Positions 60,462 to 64,000 of a stretch of DNA of 64,000 bases are shown here, one piece after another. The stretch covers positions 96,001-160,000 of the forward strand of contig CAVVLJ010000020.1 of assembly GCA_963749075.1 (NCBI GenBank). Direction: 5' to 3'. The stretch comes from an uncultured Pseudomonadota bacterium. GTDB taxonomy: Bacteria > Pseudomonadota > Alphaproteobacteria > JACZXZ01. The notes under the pieces were generated by a model. It did no database searches, was not told the DNA's origin, and saw only the letters and a list, made by a program, of their open reading frames with translations. Made by a program: the position numbers and the translations under genes. Every line of letters begins with the position of its first letter. Position 1 is the stretch's first letter.

Positions 60462-61304
60462 TCAGGGGCGCAACAAATGGTACAAGTGGCGCAAGATGAA
60501 GGGGAACATGGCGAGCGCTGCCGCCGAGGCTATGAAGCGGTAGACGAGGAAGGGCGTCATGCTGTGGCGCTCGAGCCAGCCGAGGAAGACGGCGGCGGCG
60601 AAGAGCCCGCCCAAGGCTGACACCAAGACGGTGAGCGCCAGGCTCGCCTCGGGCACGGCGGCGAGCGAGCCCGCGAGATAGAACCGGGCGCCGCTCAGCA
60701 GCACCTCCCCGCCAAAGGCAAAGAGCGCCAAGAGATAGGCGATGCGCGCCGCATCGGGGCGCTCGAAGCCGAGCACGCGCGCCACCGTCATGGCGAGCGG
60801 TATCAGCCCCACCCCCGGCATGAAGGCGGCGAGCTGGGCAATCCCGAGCACGACCGCGTCGACCGCCGATAAGTGCTCGATGCGGCGGATGGCTAGGCTG
60901 TAGCGGTCGGCGAGCAGCATGACGAGGGCCATCGCCATGCCGGTCAAGGCAAGGTAATCGATGCGTCCGAAGCCGAAGCGGCTCACATAGTCCGCGAAGC
61001 CCGCCACCCTCAGCGCGCCGATCGGCAGCAGGGCGATGACGAGATTGACCGAAAGCCGCGCCTCAGGCCGCCAGCGCCCGCGCAAGAGCTGCCAGCCGCC
61101 GCGCAAGCTCTGACCGACCTCGCCGCGGAGCACGATCAGGAGTGCCAGCACCGTGCCAAGATGGCAGGCGATATGCTGCACGGGGGAAAACCCCGGCCAG
61201 CCGAAGAGACGCGGCACCACCGCCATGTGCAGGTTCTCGCCAAGCGGCATGAGCAAGCTCAGCCCATGCACGAAGGCAAGACAAACGACGGGCAGGTAGG
61301 GCAA
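60462..61304 (-). CDS. uppP: UppP/BacA homologue with degenerate catalytic motifs
   Basis: Overall UppP pattern (HLGT..A, G.AQ..A..PG, F.VYR) and canonical locus between the NDUFA9-like gene and gltD. Both active-site motifs are substituted. Confidence 0.8.
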   Translation of the reverse strand: MPYLPVVCLAFVHGLSLLMPLGENLHMAVVPRLFGWPGFSPVQHIACHLGTVLALLIVLRGEVGQSLRGGWQLLRGRWRPEARLSVNLVIALLPIGALRVAGFADYVSRFGFGRIDYLALTGMAMALVMLLADRYSLAIRRIEHLSAVDAVVLGIAQLAAFMPGVGLIPLAMTVARVLGFERPDAARIAYLLALFAFGGEVLLSGARFYLAGSLAAVPEASLALTVLVSALGGLFAAAVFLGWLERHSMTPFLVYRFIASAAALAMFPFILRHLYHLLRP

Positions 61305-61599
61305 GGCGACCTCGGAGCGCTGCGCCGCCGCTTATATCACGGCGCAGAATCCATTCCTAGAGACCTAGACCCGCTCGGTTTTGATGTGTAGTACCGTATT
61401 GGTACCATCTGACCTTGCCTTTTGCGAGTGCGAAGTATAATCAAAAGAGCCTCTCGGGTCGCGCCAAGAAAATACGTCAGCTATACTGACTTATCGATTT
61501 GACCTCGCCGGACGAGCGGGCCGAACGCCCCAGGACGGTGCCGGGCGGCTGAGGGCGGCGGGCAAAAACAGCCCGGTCAGACAACCCTGGGATGGGAAG

Positions 61600-63045
61600 A
61601 TGCCGCGCAATCTCCTGAAATTCGTCAATACCGAGATGCGCATGCCGGACAAGCGCGAGCCCGGCACGCGGAGCCACGACTTCCGGGAAATCTACGCGGA
61701 TTTCGACGAGGGGCGCGCCAAGGAGCAGGCCGGGCGCTGCTCGCAATGCGGCGTGCCGTTCTGCCAGGTGCATTGCCCGCTGCACAACAACATCCCCGAC
61801 TGGCTGATGCTGACCGCCGAGGGCCGCATCGAGGAGGCCTATGAGATCGCCTCCGCCACGAACAACATGCCCGAGGTGTGCGGACGCATCTGTCCCCAGG
61901 ACCGCCTCTGCGAGGGCAACTGCGTCATCGAGAAGGGCTTCCACTCGGTCACCATCGGCTCGGTCGAGAAATTCATCACGGAGACGGCCTTCCGCAAGGG
62001 CTGGGTCAAGCCGCCGCGGCCGCCCCATGAGCTCGCGCAATCGGTCGGCATCATCGGCGCCGGGCCGGGCGGCTTGGCCGCGGCGGAGCAGCTGCGCCGG
62101 CGCGGCTACCAGCTCCACGTCTACGACCGCTATGACCGGGTCGGCGGGCTGCTGCTTTACGGCATTCCCAATTTCAAGCTCGAGAAGACGCTGGTCGGGC
62201 GGCGCTCGGCGCTGCTCGAGGAGGGCGGCATCCGCTTCCACCTCGACTGCGAGGTCGGCCGCGACGTGTCGCTCGCCGAGCTGCGCCGGCGCCACGACGC
62301 GGTGCTCATCGCGAGCGGCGTCTACCAGGCGCGCGACATCGCCGCACCCGGCGCCGGGCTCGGCAACATCGTGCAGGCGCTCGACTACCTCACGGCGAGC
62401 AACCGCAAGGGCCTCGGCGACATAGTACCGCGCTTCGACGACGGTACGCTCGACGCCGCGGGCAAGGACGTCGTGGTGATCGGCGGCGGCGACACGGCGA
62501 TGGATTGCGTGCGCACGGCCGTGCGCCAGGGTGCGGTCTCGGTCAAGTGCCTCTACCGCCGCAACCGCAGCAACATGCCGGGCTCCCAGCGCGAGGTGCT
62601 GCACGCCGAGGAGGAGGGCGTCGAGTTCGTCTGGCTCTCGGCACCCGAGGCCTTTCTCGGCGATCGCCAGGTGGCCGGCGTGCGCACCGTGCGCATGCGC
62701 CTGGGCGTCGCCGATTCGAGCGGCCGCCAGGTGCCGCAGGTGATCGAGGGCTCCCACTTCACCATCGACGCCGGCCTCGTGATCAAGGCGCTCGGCTTCG
62801 ATCCCGACGACGTGCCGGCGCTTTTCGCGGCGCCCGAGCTCGCGGTCACGCGCTGGGGCACCCTCAAGATCGACTACAAGACGATGATGACGAGCCTGGA
62901 CGGCGTCTTCGCGGCGGGCGACATCGTGCGCGGCGCCTCGCTCGTCGTGTGGGCGATCCGCGACGGCCGCGACGCGGCGGAGAGCATGCACAAGTACCTC
63001 AAAGCCAAGGCCGCGGCGCAAGCGGCGGCGGCGGCGGCGGACTAA
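61600..63045 (+). CDS. gltD: Glutamate synthase small subunit
   Basis: RCSQCGVPFCQVHCP, GRICPQDRLCE, GGGDTAMDC and GDIVRGASLVVWA. Confidence 0.96.
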   Translation: MPRNLLKFVNTEMRMPDKREPGTRSHDFREIYADFDEGRAKEQAGRCSQCGVPFCQVHCPLHNNIPDWLMLTAEGRIEEAYEIASATNNMPEVCGRICPQDRLCEGNCVIEKGFHSVTIGSVEKFITETAFRKGWVKPPRPPHELAQSVGIIGAGPGGLAAAEQLRRRGYQLHVYDRYDRVGGLLLYGIPNFKLEKTLVGRRSALLEEGGIRFHLDCEVGRDVSLAELRRRHDAVLIASGVYQARDIAAPGAGLGNIVQALDYLTASNRKGLGDIVPRFDDGTLDAAGKDVVVIGGGDTAMDCVRTAVRQGAVSVKCLYRRNRSNMPGSQREVLHAEEEGVEFVWLSAPEAFLGDRQVAGVRTVRMRLGVADSSGRQVPQVIEGSHFTIDAGLVIKALGFDPDDVPALFAAPELAVTRWGTLKIDYKTMMTSLDGVFAAGDIVRGASLVVWAIRDGRDAAESMHKYLKAKAAAQAAAAAAD

Positions 63046-63050
63046 CGGCG

Positions 63051-63686
63051 ATGCTGCGCCTTTACGACAACATGTCCTCGGGCAACGGCTACAAGGCGCG
63101 ACTGATGCTGAGCCTGCTCGATATTCCGTTCGAGCGCGTCGAGCTCGACATCGACCGCAACGAGACGCGCGCGCCCGCCTTCCTCGCCAAGAACGCCAAC
63201 GGCCGCATTCCGGCGCTCGAGCTCGCCCCGGGCGACGTCCTCGCCGAATCGAACGCCATCCTCTGGTACCTGGCCGAGGGAACCCCCTATCTGCCCGACG
63301 AGCGCCGCGCGCGCGCCGCCGCGCTGCAGTGGCTCTTCTTCGAGCAATACAGCCACGAGCCCAACATCGCGACCTTGCGCTACTGGATCACCCACAAGGT
63401 GATGACGCCGGCGCGCGAGGCGATGGTGGCGGAGAAGCGCCGGCTCGGCTACGCGGCGCTCGATGTCATGGAGCGCCATCTCGGCGGCCGCCGCTTCTTC
63501 GTGGGCGAGCGCGCGGGCGTGGCCGATCTCGCCCTCTACGCCTACACCCACGTGGCGCACGAGGGCGGCTTCGAGCTCGAGCCCTATCCCGCGATCCGCG
63601 GCTGGCTCGCGCGCATGGCCGAAATTCCCGGCTACATCCCGATCAGCCATCCCGCGGGCCGCGAAGTCCGCGTGGCCTGGCATTGA
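63051..63686 (+). CDS. Glutathione S-transferase family protein
   Basis: SSGNGYK, NANGRIPAL, LAESNAILWYLA and FFEQYSHEP. Confidence 0.92.
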   Translation: MLRLYDNMSSGNGYKARLMLSLLDIPFERVELDIDRNETRAPAFLAKNANGRIPALELAPGDVLAESNAILWYLAEGTPYLPDERRARAAALQWLFFEQYSHEPNIATLRYWITHKVMTPAREAMVAEKRRLGYAALDVMERHLGGRRFFVGERAGVADLALYAYTHVAHEGGFELEPYPAIRGWLARMAEIPGYIPISHPAGREVRVAWH

Positions 63687-63702
63687 GGCGAGGAGGCCTG
63701 TC

Positions 63703-64000
63703 ATGAGCGGCCACCACCAGGACGAGGGGCAGAAGTTCGTCGAGGAGTATCGCAGGAACGCCGAGCACCTCGCGCGCGAGGGGCTCTACGACCCGAGAGA
63801 TGAGCACGACTCCTGCGGCGTCGGCCTCGTCGCCGCGATCGACGGCAAGCCGCGGCGCGCGGTGGTGACGGCCGGCATCGCGGCACTCAAGGTGCTGTGG
63901 CACCGCGGCGCGGTCGACGCCGACGGCAAGACCGGCGACGGCGCCGGCATCCACGTGCAGATCCCGCAGAACTTCTTCAAGGAGCACATCCGCGACCAGG
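63703..64000 (+). CDS. gltB: Glutamate synthase large subunit, 5' part (runs off the window)
   Basis: GLYDPRDEHDSCGVGLVA...HRGAVDADGKTGDGAGI. Confidence 0.95.
   Translation, partial: MSGHHQDEGQKFVEEYRRNAEHLAREGLYDPRDEHDSCGVGLVAAIDGKPRRAVVTAGIAALKVLWHRGAVDADGKTGDGAGIHVQIPQNFFKEHIRDQ

Overview
High-GC alphaproteobacterial (Rhodospirillales-like) chromosome segment, judged from gene content and order. The core backbone is chvI-chvG-hprK-rapZ-manX-ptsH-ptsI, pckA, aroA-cmk-rpsA-ihfB-lapA-trpF, tRNA-Ala(GGC), ibpA, rnd-kdsD-lptCAB-rpoN-hpf-ptsN, tRNA-Leu(CAG) and gltD-gltB. Several small, lower-GC insertions with no integrase interrupt it. (1) A type IIG restriction-modification gene lies between two perfectly identical 650-bp copies of the 3' end of ptsI, forming a 3,860-bp unit whose homologous edges are diverged. 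This is the most striking structure in the window. (2) An IS1595-family remnant carries a coupled 102/150-aa toxin-immunity-like pair, next to a PD-(D/E)XK-like ORF. (3) A second single-chain RM enzyme has a compositionally foreign specificity region and is bracketed by inverted REP-like hairpins. (4) There is an intact Xre-RES toxin-antitoxin pair and a decayed DUF1778-GNAT pair. Also notable are an intact-length UppP homologue lacking its catalytic motifs, a 6x16-bp perfect repeat abutting the tRNA-Leu promoter, and several operator palindromes. Three otherwise intact genes carry single frameshifts that may be assembly errors. All calls are from reading the sequence and recalled family motifs; no searches were run.
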